NCBI GenBank assembly: GCA_963813815.1
Contig: CAWFAD010000011.1
Span: 32,001 to 96,000, forward strand
Source: an uncultured bacterium
GTDB lineage: Bacteria > Krumholzibacteriota > Krumholzibacteriia > Krumholzibacteriales > Krumholzibacteriaceae
Direction of reading: 5' to 3'
Length of the DNA stretch: 64,000 nt
Positions 10,084-22,363 of the stretch are shown here, in pieces. The notes below the pieces were generated by a model. It was not told the origin of the DNA. It made no database searches and saw nothing but the letters and a program-made list of their open reading frames with translations. Each line of letters begins with the position of its first letter. The stretch's first letter is position 1. Made by a program: the position numbers and the translations under genes.

Positions 10084-12810
10084 ATGGATTCGAAGGACAG
10101 CCTCTTCATCGTCGACGGACACGCGCTCGCGTACCGTGCGTACTTCGCCCTCATACGGAGCCCCCTCATCAACTCGCGGGGCGAGAACACGAGCGCCGCG
10201 TTCGGTTTCGCCCGCATGCTGCTGCTCCTCCTCAAGAAATACGAGCCGCGACGCCTCGCCGTCGTCTTCGACAGCGGCGAGGAAACGGACCGCCACCGCG
10301 AGTACGAGGAGTACAAGGCCACGCGCGAGGAGATGCCGGAAGAGATGGTGAGCGCGCTCCCGTGGATATTCGACATCGTCAGATCGCTCGGGGTGGCGAT
10401 GATCATGCAGCCGGGAGTCGAGGCTGACGACCTCATCGCCACGCTCGCGCGAAGATCCGTCGCCGAGGGGCGCGAGGCCGTGATCGTGACCGGCGACAAG
10501 GATTTTCTCCAGCTTCTCTCGGATCACATCAAGATCATACGCCCCGAGAAGGGAACCGCCCTCGAAGAGGAGGTCGGCCCCGAGTACTGCCGCGAGCGCT
10601 GGGGGATCGAGCCGCGTCAGGTCGTCGATCTTCTCGCTCTCATGGGGGACGCCTCGGACAATATCCCCGGCGTCAAGGGGATCGGAGAAAAGACGGCCGT
10701 GAAGCTGCTCGCCGAGTTCCACTCGCTCGACGCGATTCTCGGGCGCCTCGACGAGGTGGAGCCCCCGAGCCTCCGCGAGAAGATCCGCGCCGGGCGCGAG
10801 AGCGCGCTCCTCTCGCGCGATCTCGTGACGCTTCGCGACGCGCCGCTCGATCTCTCGCCCGACGAGCTCGCCGTGTCGAAGCCGGACGAGGAGCGCCTCG
10901 TCGATCTCCTGCTCCGGCTCGAGTTTCATCAGCTCCTGAGGGAGCTCTCGCTCGGCGCGACGTCCGCGAGGGAATCCGCGAGCGACTACGCGGCGATCGG
11001 CGAGGACGGACTCGACGAGCTCGCCCGCACGCTCTCCTCGGCGCGGGAGCTCGTGTTCGACGTCGAGACGACCTCCGTCGATCCGATGCACGCGGATCTC
11101 GTTGGGATATCGTTCTCGGTCGAGGCGGAAAAGGCGCGCTACGTTCCCGTGGACTCGGGAGAGCGCCGCGCGCCGGCGGGCCTCCTCGACGAGGAGCCGC
11201 CCGCGGGCGGAATCCCGCTCGAGAGGGTGCGGGCCGCGCTCGGGGGGGTGTTCGCGAACAAGGGAATCGCGAAAATCGGGCACAACGTCAAGTACGACCT
11301 CCTCGTCCTCGAGCGGCACGGATTCGCCGTGCGCGGCGTTTCGTTCGATACGATGGTCGCCTCCTACGTGCTCGATCCGGAGCGGAGGTCCCATTCGCTC
11401 GACAATCTCTCGCTCGAGTTCACCCGCCACCGAAAGGTTCCCTACAACGAGCTCTTTGCGCCGAAGGATCGCGTGCGGGATATCCGCACGGTGCCGCTCG
11501 CGCGGCTCGCCCAATACTCGTGCGAGGACGCGGACTATACGATGCGGCTGCGCCGCATCTTCGAACCGAGCCTCGTCTCGCTCGGTTTTGAACGCCTCTT
11601 TCACGAGATCGAAATGCCGCTCTGCCTCGTCCTCGCCCGGATGGAGCGCGAGGGGGTCGCGATCGACTCGGGGGCGCTCGGCGCCCTCTCGACGAAGCTC
11701 GCCGCGGACATCGAGGCCGCCGAGCGGCGCATATACGAAGCGGCGGGGGAGGAGTTCAACGTCAACTCGAGCCGCCAGCTCCAGCGAATTCTCTTCGAGA
11801 AGCTGGGGCTCCGGACGGCGCGTCGAACGAAGACCGGTTTCTCGACCGACGAGGACGTCCTCGGCGAGCTCGTTTCGCAGAACCCCATAGCGGGGCTCGT
11901 TCTCGAGCACCGGCAGCTCTCGAAGCTGCGGAGCACCTACGTCGAGGCGCTCCCGCGGCTCGTAAATCCCTCGACGGGGCGCATCCACACGTCGTTCAAC
12001 CAGACGGTGACGGCGACGGGGCGCCTCTCGTCGAGCGAGCCCAATCTCCAGAATATCCCGATCCGCACCGAGCTCGGGCGGCGCATCCGCGCCGCTTTCG
12101 TGCCGCGCGCCGGCGGAACGCTTCTCGACGCCGATTACTCGCAGATCGAGCTCCGGATCGTGGCGCACCTTTCGCGGGACGCGGGGTTCGTCGAGGCCTT
12201 TCGCGAGGGGGGCGACATTCACACGCGCACGGCGGCGCGGATTTACGACGTCCCCGAGTCGAGAGTGACCCCGGAGATGCGCGCGCGCGCCAAGACGACG
12301 AACTTCGGCGTCATCTACGGCATGGGGCCCCGCGGCCTCTCGAAGCAGCTCGATCTCTCGCTCGACGAGGCGAAGCGCTTCATCGACGAGTATTTCGAAA
12401 AATACCCGGGCGTCAAGGCGTTCATCGACCGCTCCATCGCCGAGGCTCGCAAACGCCGCTACGCCGAGACGCTGCTCGGCCGCCGGCGCCTCCTCCCCGA
12501 GATCGAGAGCGAGGATACGATGACGCGAAGCTTCGCCGAGCGCATCGCGATCAACACGCCGATTCAGGGAACGGCCGCCGACATGATCAAGATCGCGATG
12601 ATCCGGATCGACGCTGAAATCTCCTCGCGCGCGCTCGCGAGCCGCATGATTCTGCAGGTCCACGACGAGCTCGTCTTCGACGTTGCGGCGGGGGAGCGCG
12701 GCGAGATGGAGGAGATCGTCCGCTCGCGCATGGAAGGGGCCCTCGCGCTCGAGGTGCCGGTGCGCGTCGACATCGGAGCGGGCTCGAACTGGCTGGAGGC
12801 GCACCCGTGA
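10084..12810 (+). CDS. polA: DNA polymerase I
   Basis: 5'-3' exo (VDGHALAYRAYFA, EADD, GDASDNIPGVKGIG), 3'-5' exo (FDVETT), polymerase motifs (DYSQIELR, QVHDEL). Confidence 0.97.
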   Translation: MDSKDSLFIVDGHALAYRAYFALIRSPLINSRGENTSAAFGFARMLLLLLKKYEPRRLAVVFDSGEETDRHREYEEYKATREEMPEEMVSALPWIFDIVRSLGVAMIMQPGVEADDLIATLARRSVAEGREAVIVTGDKDFLQLLSDHIKIIRPEKGTALEEEVGPEYCRERWGIEPRQVVDLLALMGDASDNIPGVKGIGEKTAVKLLAEFHSLDAILGRLDEVEPPSLREKIRAGRESALLSRDLVTLRDAPLDLSPDELAVSKPDEERLVDLLLRLEFHQLLRELSLGATSARESASDYAAIGEDGLDELARTLSSARELVFDVETTSVDPMHADLVGISFSVEAEKARYVPVDSGERRAPAGLLDEEPPAGGIPLERVRAALGGVFANKGIAKIGHNVKYDLLVLERHGFAVRGVSFDTMVASYVLDPERRSHSLDNLSLEFTRHRKVPYNELFAPKDRVRDIRTVPLARLAQYSCEDADYTMRLRRIFEPSLVSLGFERLFHEIEMPLCLVLARMEREGVAIDSGALGALSTKLAADIEAAERRIYEAAGEEFNVNSSRQLQRILFEKLGLRTARRTKTGFSTDEDVLGELVSQNPIAGLVLEHRQLSKLRSTYVEALPRLVNPSTGRIHTSFNQTVTATGRLSSSEPNLQNIPIRTELGRRIRAAFVPRAGGTLLDADYSQIELRIVAHLSRDAGFVEAFREGGDIHTRTAARIYDVPESRVTPEMRARAKTTNFGVIYGMGPRGLSKQLDLSLDEAKRFIDEYFEKYPGVKAFIDRSIAEARKRRYAETLLGRRRLLPEIESEDTMTRSFAERIAINTPIQGTAADMIKIAMIRIDAEISSRALASRMILQVHDELVFDVAAGERGEMEEIVRSRMEGALALEVPVRVDIGAGSNWLEAHP

Positions 12811-13457
12811 AGAGACCGCCCGTCATAGGAGTCACGGGGCCCATCGCCTCGGGGAAGACGACCGTGGCCCGCGCGATTGCGGGCCGCCGCGGCGCCCTCG
12901 TCGACTGCGACTCGCTCGCCCACCGCGCGCTCGAGGACCCGCTCGTGAAATGGCGTGTCGTCGCCGCTTTCGGCGAGGGGATTCTCGGGCCCTCCGGGCG
13001 CGTCTCGCGGCGGCGCCTTCGAGGCGTCGTCTTCGGGAACGAACGCTCGCTCCGCAGGTTCAACCGCATCGTGCGGGCGCGGGTGCGGGCCATTATCGAG
13101 GCGGAAGTGAAACGCGAGAAGGGGCGGGCCGAGTATATTGTCCTTGATGCGGTGCTTCTTTTTCAGTATAAATTCAAATTCGAAATAGACTTCGCCGTCG
13201 CGACCCGGGCCCCGGCAGCCGCGCGCCTCGCGCGGATCATAAAGCGGGACGGCGTTACGAGGGCCGAGGCCAAGCGAGTCATGGAGCGCCAAAAGGGTCT
13301 CGAGCGCGGCTGGGCGAAGGCCGACGCCGCGATAGACACCGGGGCGGCGCTCGCGGAAGTCAGACGGGAGGCACGGCGCCTCCGCGACGAATTTTTCGCG
13401 CGCCCCCCGGGCGCAAGGAGCGGATCATGGCGGACAAGCTCACGGGCCGCGAAATAG
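12807..13457 (+). CDS. coaE: dephospho-CoA kinase
   Basis: IGVTGPIASGKTTV, VDCDSLAH, LDAVLLF; follows polA. Confidence 0.88.
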   Translation: MKRPPVIGVTGPIASGKTTVARAIAGRRGALVDCDSLAHRALEDPLVKWRVVAAFGEGILGPSGRVSRRRLRGVVFGNERSLRRFNRIVRARVRAIIEAEVKREKGRAEYIVLDAVLLFQYKFKFEIDFAVATRAPAAARLARIIKRDGVTRAEAKRVMERQKGLERGWAKADAAIDTGAALAEVRREARRLRDEFFARPPGARSGSWRTSSRAAK

Positions 13458-14546
13458 AAGAATCGCTCGACGCGATGGAGCAGCAGCTTACGGGGCTGCG
13501 TGAATATCTTTGACCCCGAGAAAATGCGGAGCGAGGTCGCCGGCATAGAGACCGAGATGGGCCGGACGGGCTTCTGGGACGAGCGCGAACGCGCCGAGGA
13601 GTTCGTCTCGCGCCTCAAGGAGCTCAAGAGCAAGATCGAGCCGCTGCGCTCCGTCGAGCACGACATCAAACAGCTCCGGGAGCTCGCCGCCATGGCGGGA
13701 GGCTCGGATGACGCGGCCATGATAGCCGAGGTCAACGCCGAGCTCGCGGGTCTTCGCAAGCGTCTCGCGGATTTCGAGCTCAAGACGCTCCTCTCGGGCG
13801 AGCACGACCGCGGCAACGCCCTCCTGAACATCCATCCCGGCGCGGGAGGGACCGAGTCGCAGGACTGGGCCGAGATGCTTCTGCGTCTCTACCGCAAATA
13901 CTTCGACGCGCACGGCTGGCAGTACCGGCTCCTCGACCTCCAGCCGGGGGACGAGGCGGGCATCAAGAACGCCACGGTCGAGATCACGGGCGACTACGCC
14001 TACGGCAAATTGAAATCCGAAAGCGGCATCCACCGGCTCGTCCGCATATCGCCCTTCGACGGGAACCAGCGGCGGCACACCTCCTTCGTGTCGGTCTTCA
14101 TCTATCCCGAGATCGGAGAAAAGATCGAGGTCGACATCAATCCGAACGACATCCGGGTGGACACCTACCGCGCGAGCGGCGCCGGGGGCCAGCACGTGAA
14201 CAAAGTTTCGTCCGCCGTGCGCATCACGCATTTTCCGACCGGCATCGTCGTCCAGTGCCAGAATGAGCGCTCGCAGCACAAGAACCGCGAGATGGCGATG
14301 AAGGTGCTGCGCTCGCGCATCTTCGCGAAGCTCCTCGAGGAAGAAGAGGTGCGCAAGGCCAAGATCACGGGCGAGAAGAAAGACATCTCGTGGGGCAACC
14401 AGATCCGGAGCTACGTCTTCCAGCCCTACACCCTCGTCAAGGACCACCGCACGGGCGTCGAGACCTCGAACGTGCAGGCGGTGATGGACGGGGACATAGA
14501 CGATTTCATCGAGGGCTACCTCAAGTGGAAGGAGCGCGCACGCTGA
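13427..14546 (+). CDS. prfB: peptide chain release factor 2, +1 programmed frameshift at CTT-TGA-C (13508-13514)
   Basis: AAGGAG RBS, ATG 13427 gives [32 protein letters not shown]; +1 frame continues DPEK... with SPF and GGQ motifs. Confidence 0.95.
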
Positions 14547-16045
14547 TGAGCGGCACCCCGACCCATCCGGGCGGCTCCGAGCGCGAGCAGCGCGCGGCCA
14601 AGGTCGCGCGGCTCCGCGAGCTCGGCGTCGTACCGTACGCGTATCGATTCGATCGCACCTGCGCGATCTCGGAGGCGATCGCCCGCGAGGCGGAGCTCGC
14701 TCCGGCCGGCACACCCGTGTCGCTCGCCGGACGGGTCATGGCGCTCCGCGGCCACGGTCATACGTCTTTCGGGCACATCAAGGACGCCTCGGGGAAGCTC
14801 CAAATCTACATCCGCGACGACGAGGTCACGCCCCGTGATTTCGAGATCTTCCGGCTCATCGACATGGGGGACATCATCGGCGTGACGGGGCCGCTCTTCC
14901 GCACCAAGACGGGGGAGCTCACGATTCGCGTCAAGAGCTTCGAGATCCTCAGCAAGGCCGTCACCCCGCTCCCCGAGAAGTGGCACGGGCTGCAGGACAA
15001 GGAGCTTCGCTACCGGCGCCGCTACGTCGATCTCATCGTGAACGACGACGTGTTCGCCACCTTCGTCGCCCGCTCGCGCATCGTCGAGGCGGTGCGGCGG
15101 TTTCTCCTCGCGAAGGGGTTCCTCGAGGTCGAGACGCCGGTGCTCCAGCCCATCTACGGCGGCGCGCTCGCGCGCCCGTTCGTCACGCACCACAACGCGC
15201 TCGACGTCGATCTCTACCTCCGCATCGCCGACGAGCTCTATTTGAAAAGGCTCATCGTGGGAGGAATGGAGCGGGTTTTCGAGTTCTCGAAAGATTTTCG
15301 GAACGAGGGGATGGACCGCTCGCATAACCCCGAGTTTACGATGCTCGAGTGCTACGCGGCCTACTGGGACTACACCGACATGATGAGCTTCGTCGAGGAG
15401 CTCTTCGGACTACTCGCGCGCGAGATCGCGGGCGGCCCCGAGATTACCTACGGCGAGCATACGCTGAACATCGCCCCGCCGTGGCGGCGGCTCGCCTACT
15501 ACGAGGGCCTTCGCGAGGCCGTGGGGAGCGACGTCCGCGAGGCGGACGCGGCGGCCCTGCGGAAGATCGCCGTCGCGCACGGGCTCGAAGCCGAGGGGTG
15601 CTTCTCCCGCGGGGATTTCCTCGACCTTCTCTTCGGCGAGCTCGTGGAACCCAAGCTCATACAGCCCACGATCGTCATGGACTACCCGATAGAGATATCG
15701 CCGCTCGCCAAGCGCCACCGCTCGGAGGCCGGACTCGTCGAGCGGTTCGAGCCCTACATCGCGGGGTACGAGGTGGGGAACGCCTTCAGCGAGCTCAGCG
15801 ACCCCGTCGACCAGCGCGAGCGCTTCGAGGCGATCGCGAAGCTCTGGGACGGGGGCGCGCGGGAGACGCATCCGGTGGATGAGGACTACATCCGGGCCCT
15901 CGAGTACGGCATGCCGCCCACGGGCGGGCTCGGAATCGGGATCGACCGGCTCGTCATGCTTCTCACGAACTCCCCGAGCATCCGCGACGTGATCCTCTTC
16001 CCGCAGATGCGGCCCGAAGAGGGACGAAGCGGGGCCGGAGAATGA
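14546..16045 (+). CDS. lysS: lysine--tRNA ligase (class II)
   Basis: LPEKWHGLQDKELRYRRRY, FRNEGMDRSHNPEF, YGMPPTGGLGIGIDRL; TGATG overlap with prfB. Confidence 0.97.
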   Translation: MSGTPTHPGGSEREQRAAKVARLRELGVVPYAYRFDRTCAISEAIAREAELAPAGTPVSLAGRVMALRGHGHTSFGHIKDASGKLQIYIRDDEVTPRDFEIFRLIDMGDIIGVTGPLFRTKTGELTIRVKSFEILSKAVTPLPEKWHGLQDKELRYRRRYVDLIVNDDVFATFVARSRIVEAVRRFLLAKGFLEVETPVLQPIYGGALARPFVTHHNALDVDLYLRIADELYLKRLIVGGMERVFEFSKDFRNEGMDRSHNPEFTMLECYAAYWDYTDMMSFVEELFGLLAREIAGGPEITYGEHTLNIAPPWRRLAYYEGLREAVGSDVREADAAALRKIAVAHGLEAEGCFSRGDFLDLLFGELVEPKLIQPTIVMDYPIEISPLAKRHRSEAGLVERFEPYIAGYEVGNAFSELSDPVDQRERFEAIAKLWDGGARETHPVDEDYIRALEYGMPPTGGLGIGIDRLVMLLTNSPSIRDVILFPQMRPEEGRSGAGE

Positions 16046-17307
16046 GGCAGATGCATTACTCGCTCTCCATCGCGCTCAAGTATCTCAGAACCAAGCGGCG
16101 CGGGGGATTTCTCTCTCGCGTCACGGCGATCGCCATCGTCGGCACGCTCGTCGGGGTCGCGACCCTCATCATCGTTCTCTCCCTCATGAACGGGTTCACG
16201 AACGAGCTGCGCAACCGCATCGTCGAGTTCAACACGCACGTGCTCGTCTTCGCGCGCACGCCCGAGGCGTGGGCCAATGTCGACTCGGTCGCCGCGCGGG
16301 TCGCCGAGGTCCCCGGGGTCGTGGCCACGGCGCCCTTCGTGCGGGCCGAGGCGCTCGTCTTTTACGACGTCGTGCCCGGCGTGCGGGTCAAGACCAAGGG
16401 GGTCATCGTCAAGGGGCTCGATCTCGAGCGCGAGAGAGCCGTCTCGACGGTGATCGACTCGCTCCAGCCGCCCATCACGTCGTTTACGGCGGAGGGGTTC
16501 GACGACGGCAAGGACGTGCCCGGGATCGTTCTCGGCAAGGACCTCGCCGACGATCTCCTCGTCTATCCGGGCGAGGTCATGACGCTCGTCACGGCCCCCT
16601 CGGAGATGCGGCTCGGCAAGGTCGAGCCCCGTACGCAGGAGTTCCGGATGATCGGATACTTCAAGACGGGGGTGTACGAGTTCGACTCGCGCTTCGTCTA
16701 CCTCGACATCCGCGACGCCGAGCGTTTTTTCGACTTCGAGTCGGCGACGCGCGGGCTCGGCGTCCGCGTGCGCGACATTTACAGCGCCGACCGCGTGGAC
16801 GAGGCGATCATGGACCTTCTCCAGAACCCGTCCTACAGCACGAACAACTGGATCCTCCTCAACAGGAACCTCTTCAGCTACATCAAGGTCGAGAAGATCT
16901 TGATGTTCCTGCTGCTCGCCCTCATCATCCTCGTCGCGGCTTTCAACCTCATCGCCATGCTCACGATGGTCATCATGGAGAAGCGGAGCGAGATCGGCAT
17001 CCTGCGCTCGATGGGGGCGTCGTCGCGGGGCGTGATGTCGATCTTCATGCTGCAGGGGAGTTTCATCGGCGGGGTGGGAACGGCGCTCGGGGTCGCCGTG
17101 GGGCTCGTGGTTTGCGGCGTGCTCGCCAAGGTTCACATCGACCTCCCAGCGGACGTTTATTTCATAAATACGCTGCCGGTCCTCGTTAAATGGACCGACG
17201 TCGTCATGGTGAGCGTCGCGTCGCTCGTAATCTGCTTCGGCGCGACGCTGTACCCGAGCTGGGAGGCCTGCCGCATCCCGCCGCTCGAGGCGATAAAGTA
17301 TGATTGA
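16042..17307 (+). CDS. lolE: lipoprotein-releasing ABC transporter permease LolC/E
   Basis: GVATLIIVLSLMNGF, VAAFNLI, EKRSEIGILRSMGAS, VYFINTLP. Confidence 0.9.
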   Translation: MRQMHYSLSIALKYLRTKRRGGFLSRVTAIAIVGTLVGVATLIIVLSLMNGFTNELRNRIVEFNTHVLVFARTPEAWANVDSVAARVAEVPGVVATAPFVRAEALVFYDVVPGVRVKTKGVIVKGLDLERERAVSTVIDSLQPPITSFTAEGFDDGKDVPGIVLGKDLADDLLVYPGEVMTLVTAPSEMRLGKVEPRTQEFRMIGYFKTGVYEFDSRFVYLDIRDAERFFDFESATRGLGVRVRDIYSADRVDEAIMDLLQNPSYSTNNWILLNRNLFSYIKVEKILMFLLLALIILVAAFNLIAMLTMVIMEKRSEIGILRSMGASSRGVMSIFMLQGSFIGGVGTALGVAVGLVVCGVLAKVHIDLPADVYFINTLPVLVKWTDVVMVSVASLVICFGATLYPSWEACRIPPLEAIKYD

Positions 17308-17382
17308 TTCTATGCGATATACATACGCCGCATACGGCGAAATAGGACGGCTTGCATTGCGGCCGCTCCCGAGGTTATATTG

Positions 17383-18073
<691 letters not shown>

Positions 18074-18093
<20 letters not shown>

Positions 18094-18610
18094 AAAACGC
18101 GAGGCGACGATCCACGTCACGAACGCGGAAGGGTCGAAGGTCCGCGCGATCCATATCTGCCGCGAGTGCGCCGAGGAGCGCGGCTTCGACGAGCTCAAGA
18201 AGAGCAACTTCGCGATGAACGACTTTATCGCGGGGCTCTTCGACTCGGCCTTCGCCGCGGTCGAAAAGGGCGAGACGGGGGACGCCTGCCCCAACTGCGG
18301 GACGAGCTACTCGGCCTTTCAGGACGTGGGGCGCCTCGGTTGCTCGCAGTGCTACGAGTTTTTTCAGAAGCAGCTCCTGCCGCTGCTGCGCAGCATTCAC
18401 GGCAACACGCGGCACGTCGGAAAGATCCCGCAGCGATACGGCCAGCAGGTGAGCCGCCGCCGCAAGGTTCGAAAGCTTCAGGAGGAGCTCGAGCTCGCCA
18501 TCCAGCTCGAGCAGTTCGAGCGAGCCGCCGAGCTCCGCGACGAGATTCGCAAGCTCGCCGAGCCCGAAAAGGGGGAGGAGAAGCCGTGTCGCCGCTCGAC
18601 GAGCTCATAG
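18074..18610 (+). CDS. mcsA: McsA protein-arginine kinase activator (CxxC motifs plus UVR domain)
   Basis: Four CxxC motifs, GRLGCSQCY, HVGKIP, EQFERAAELRDEI. Confidence 0.9.
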
Positions 18611-19647
18611 CGAAGCCGAGCCGCTGGCTTTCGGGCGACGGCGAAGAGGCGGAGCTCGTGCTCTCGAGCCGGGTGCGCCTCGCGCGGAACCTCGAGCGGC
18701 GTCCCTTCACGCACGGCGCCACCCCCGAGGTGCTGGCGGAGATTCGAGGCGAGACGGCCGGGGCGCTCTCGAGCTGCCCGACGCTCGCCGGGGCGATGAG
18801 CTTCGACATCGAGACGCTCGACGATCAGGAACGCTGGCTGCTGGCCGAGCGGCGGCTCATAAGCCGCGAGATGGCCAAAAACCACCGCAACCGCGCCCTC
18901 TTCGTCCAGCGCGCCGAGGATCTCGGCGTCATGGTGAACGAGGAAGACCACCTCCGGCTCCAATCCTTCGAGCCGGGGCTCGCCCTCGGGGCCGCCTTCG
19001 AGCGGCTCATGGCGCTCGACAACGAGCTCGACGAGCGGCTCTGCTACGCGTATTCGGACGAGCTCGGATATCTCACCGCCTGCCCGACGAACGTGGGCAC
19101 GGGGCTTCGGGTGTCGGCCATGGTGCACCTGCCGGGGCTCGTTCACAACAAGGACATAGGGCAGGTGCTCGAGGGACTTCGCAATATCCGCCTCACCGTG
19201 CGGGGCATCTACGGCGAGGGGAGCGACATCATCGGCAACTTCTTTCAGGTCTCGAACAGCATCACCCTCGGGCTATCCGAGGAGGATACCGTGAAGAACC
19301 TCGAGGGGCACGTCCGCAAGGTCATAGAATTCGAGAAAAAAGCCCGCGAGGTGCTTCTCCGCAAGGCACGGAGTTTGCTCGAAGACAAGATTTGGAGGGC
19401 CTACGGCATCCTCAGAACGGCGCGCCTTGTAAATTCAAAAGAGGCAATGAGTTTGATATCGGCCGTTCGTCTCGGGATCGGGCTCGGTGTCATAACCGAT
19501 CTCAGGCTTTCCATTTTGAACGAGCTTTTCATCATGATTCAGCCGAGGCATCTCGAGAGGCTCCACGGGAGGGCGCTCAAGGCGGAGGAGAGGGACAGGG
19601 CGAGGGCCGATTACATCCGAGAAAAGCTCGGCGGTACGGTTGCATAA
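18586..19647 (+). CDS. mcsB: protein arginine kinase McsB
   Basis: LSSRVRLARNL, MVNEEDHLRLQ, GYLTACPTNVGTGLR, QVSN; GGAGGAG RBS before GTG. Confidence 0.92.
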   Translation: MSPLDELIAKPSRWLSGDGEEAELVLSSRVRLARNLERRPFTHGATPEVLAEIRGETAGALSSCPTLAGAMSFDIETLDDQERWLLAERRLISREMAKNHRNRALFVQRAEDLGVMVNEEDHLRLQSFEPGLALGAAFERLMALDNELDERLCYAYSDELGYLTACPTNVGTGLRVSAMVHLPGLVHNKDIGQVLEGLRNIRLTVRGIYGEGSDIIGNFFQVSNSITLGLSEEDTVKNLEGHVRKVIEFEKKAREVLLRKARSLLEDKIWRAYGILRTARLVNSKEAMSLISAVRLGIGLGVITDLRLSILNELFIMIQPRHLERLHGRALKAEERDRARADYIREKLGGTVA

Positions 19648-19691
19648 CGCATTATTTAGCAATACTTAAGAAAGGACGCTGAAAGCGCCGT

Positions 19692-22154
19692 ATGAACGAC
19701 AAATTCACCGAACGGGTGCGAAAGGTAATTTATCTCGCGCGGGACGAGGCGAACCGGCTCCAGCACGAGTACATCGGCACCGAGCACTTGCTTCTCGGAA
19801 TTCTCCGTCTCGGCGAAGGGATAGCGGCCGAGGTTCTCGCGCGCCTCGAGGTCGACCCCGAGCAGATACAGCAGGCGATCGAGAACATGGTCAAGGCCTC
19901 GGGCGGCACGCTCACCGTGGGCGAGATCCCGCTCACCCCGCGCGCGAAGCGCGTGCTCGAGCTCGCCGTCGAGGAAGCGCGGCTTCTCAGCCACAACTAC
20001 GTCGGCACCGAGCACCTGCTCCTCGGCCTCATCCGCGAGGGCGAAGGGGTCGCGGCGCGAGTGCTTCTCGAGCTCGGCGTCGATCGCAAGCGCGTGCGCG
20101 AGGAGATCATGAAGAGCCTCGCCCGGAGCGGCGGCGCCCCCGGCTCGAAGCAGCGGGGCGGGCGCGGCAGCAAGCCCGAGACCTCGACGCTCGATCAGTT
20201 CGGACGCGACCTCACCCAGCACGCCCGCGACGGAAAGCTCGATCCCATCATCGGGAGAGATCAGGAGATTCACCGGGTCGTGCAGATCCTCTGCCGGCGC
20301 AAGAAGAACAACCCCGTCCTCATCGGCGAGCCGGGCGTGGGGAAAACGGCGATCGTCGAGGGCCTCGCCCAGCGGATCGTCGAGGGCAAGGTGCCGGAGC
20401 TGCTGCGGGATAAGCGCATCACGACCCTCGACCTCGCCTCGATTGTCGCGGGCACCAAGTACCGCGGCCAGTTCGAGGAGCGCCTCAAGACGATCATCAA
20501 CGAGATCCGCGAGAACGACCAGGTCATCATCTTCATCGACGAGATTCATACGATCGTGGGAGCCGGCGGGGCCGAGGGCGCCATCGACGCCTCCAACATG
20601 CTGAAGCCGGCGCTCGCGCGGGGCGAGATCCAGTGCATCGGAGCGACGACGCTCGACGAGTACCGCAAGCACATCGAAAAGGACGGCGCCCTCGAGCGGC
20701 GTTTTCAGCCCATTATCATCAATCCGCCCTCCGAGGACGAGACCGTGCGCATCATACGGGGGCTTCGCGACAAGTACGAGGCGCACCACCGCACGAAGTA
20801 CACGGACGGGGCCATCCGGCAGGCCGTCTATCTCTCGCAGCGCTACATACAGGGACGCTTTCTCCCCGACAAGGCCATCGACGTGATCGACGAGGCGGGC
20901 GCCCGGGCGCGCCTCTCGATGACGACCGTGCCCGAGGGGCTCCGCGATCTCGAGCGAAAGAGCGAGGATATCTCGAAGGAAAAGGAATCCGCCATTCACG
21001 CGCAGGAGTTCGAGAAGGCGGCGAGCTACCGGGACGAGGAAAAGGAAATAAAGAAGCGCATACTCGAGGTTCAGAAGGAGTGGAACGAGACCCGGCAGGA
21101 GAGCGAATCGAGCGTCACGGAGCGCGAGATAGCTGTCGTGATCTCCGATATGACGGGAATCCCCGTTTCCGAGGTTCAGGAAGAGGAGACGGAGAAGCTC
21201 CTCCACCTCGAGGACGAGCTGCGCAAGCGCGTCATCGGTCAGGAAGAGGCCTTGAAGGCGATCGCGACGGCCGTGCGGCGCAACCGCGCGGGGCTTCGCG
21301 ATCCGCGGCGTCCTATCGGCTCTTTCTTCTTCCTCGGGCCGACGGGCGTCGGTAAGACGGAGCTCGCCCGCGCCATCTCGGCGATACTCTTCGAGAGCGA
21401 AGAGGCGATGCTCCGCATCGACATGTCGGAGTACATGGAGAAGTTCGCCATCTCGCGCCTCATCGGCGCGCCGCCGGGATACGTGGGATACGAGGAGGGC
21501 GGCCAGCTCACCGAGAAGGTGCGGCGGAAGCCCTACTCCGTGGTGCTGCTCGACGAGATCGAGAAGGCGCATCCCGACGTCTTCAACCTCCTGCTCCAGA
21601 TACTCGAGGAGGGGTGCCTCACCGATAGCTTCGGGCGGCGGGTGGATTTCAAGAACACGGTGCTCATCATGACCTCGAACGTCGGGGCCAAAGAGATAAA
21701 GGGCAAGAAGGGGATGGGGTTCATCTCCGAGGACAGCGACGCGGGCTACCAGCAGATGAAAGCGCGCGTGCTGGACGAGCTGCGCAAGGTCTTCAACCCC
21801 GAGTTCCTGAACCGTCTCGACGAGATCATCGTCTTCCGCCAGCTCGAAAAGACCGATCTCATCAAGATCATCGACATCCTCCTCAAGGACCTCTACAAGC
21901 GGCTCGTGTCGCAGAAGATCGAGTTCGAGATCACGGAGGGTGCGCGCGAGTTCATACTGGAGAAGGGGTACAACCCCGAGCACGGCGCGCGGCCCCTGAA
22001 GCGAGCCATCCAGAAGTACCTCGAGGATCCCCTCAGCGAAAAGCTCCTCTCGGGCGAGTTCACGCGGAACGATCAGCTCCGCATCACGTACGAGCCGGGA
22101 GCGCCGAGCCTCGTCTTCGCGGCGGTGAAAAAGGTGGGGGAGAACCTCAAGTAG
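19692..22154 (+). CDS. clpC: ATP-dependent Clp protease ATPase subunit ClpC
   Basis: Two Clp-N repeats (GTEHLLLG), two AAA+ modules ([16 protein letters not shown]), UVR middle domain, MGF ClpP-docking loop. Confidence 0.96.
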   Translation: MNDKFTERVRKVIYLARDEANRLQHEYIGTEHLLLGILRLGEGIAAEVLARLEVDPEQIQQAIENMVKASGGTLTVGEIPLTPRAKRVLELAVEEARLLSHNYVGTEHLLLGLIREGEGVAARVLLELGVDRKRVREEIMKSLARSGGAPGSKQRGGRGSKPETSTLDQFGRDLTQHARDGKLDPIIGRDQEIHRVVQILCRRKKNNPVLIGEPGVGKTAIVEGLAQRIVEGKVPELLRDKRITTLDLASIVAGTKYRGQFEERLKTIINEIRENDQVIIFIDEIHTIVGAGGAEGAIDASNMLKPALARGEIQCIGATTLDEYRKHIEKDGALERRFQPIIINPPSEDETVRIIRGLRDKYEAHHRTKYTDGAIRQAVYLSQRYIQGRFLPDKAIDVIDEAGARARLSMTTVPEGLRDLERKSEDISKEKESAIHAQEFEKAASYRDEEKEIKKRILEVQKEWNETRQESESSVTEREIAVVISDMTGIPVSEVQEEETEKLLHLEDELRKRVIGQEEALKAIATAVRRNRAGLRDPRRPIGSFFFLGPTGVGKTELARAISAILFESEEAMLRIDMSEYMEKFAISRLIGAPPGYVGYEEGGQLTEKVRRKPYSVVLLDEIEKAHPDVFNLLLQILEEGCLTDSFGRRVDFKNTVLIMTSNVGAKEIKGKKGMGFISEDSDAGYQQMKARVLDELRKVFNPEFLNRLDEIIVFRQLEKTDLIKIIDILLKDLYKRLVSQKIEFEITEGAREFILEKGYNPEHGARPLKRAIQKYLEDPLSEKLLSGEFTRNDQLRITYEPGAPSLVFAAVKKVGENLK

Positions 22155-22363
22155 GGCCGAGCGTCAAACATATTTGACGTATTCTCGGCTCGAGATCTCC
22201 GCACAGTCTGGGCAAGGTTTGGGCGCCGGCGTGAGTCTCATGCTGTCCGCAAGCTGGGGTTTAGGTATGCTTCTTGCTCTAAAACCTATTTACGTCGGGG
22301 TCCAGGAAGTCCGCGGGTTCGGCCAGCCGAGGAGCTGGCGTCGTAACGCTGAGGCGGACGATC

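Noticed and set aside
13500..14546. prfB as a pseudogene or N-terminally short gene
   Set aside because: Explained by the known programmed +1 frameshift.
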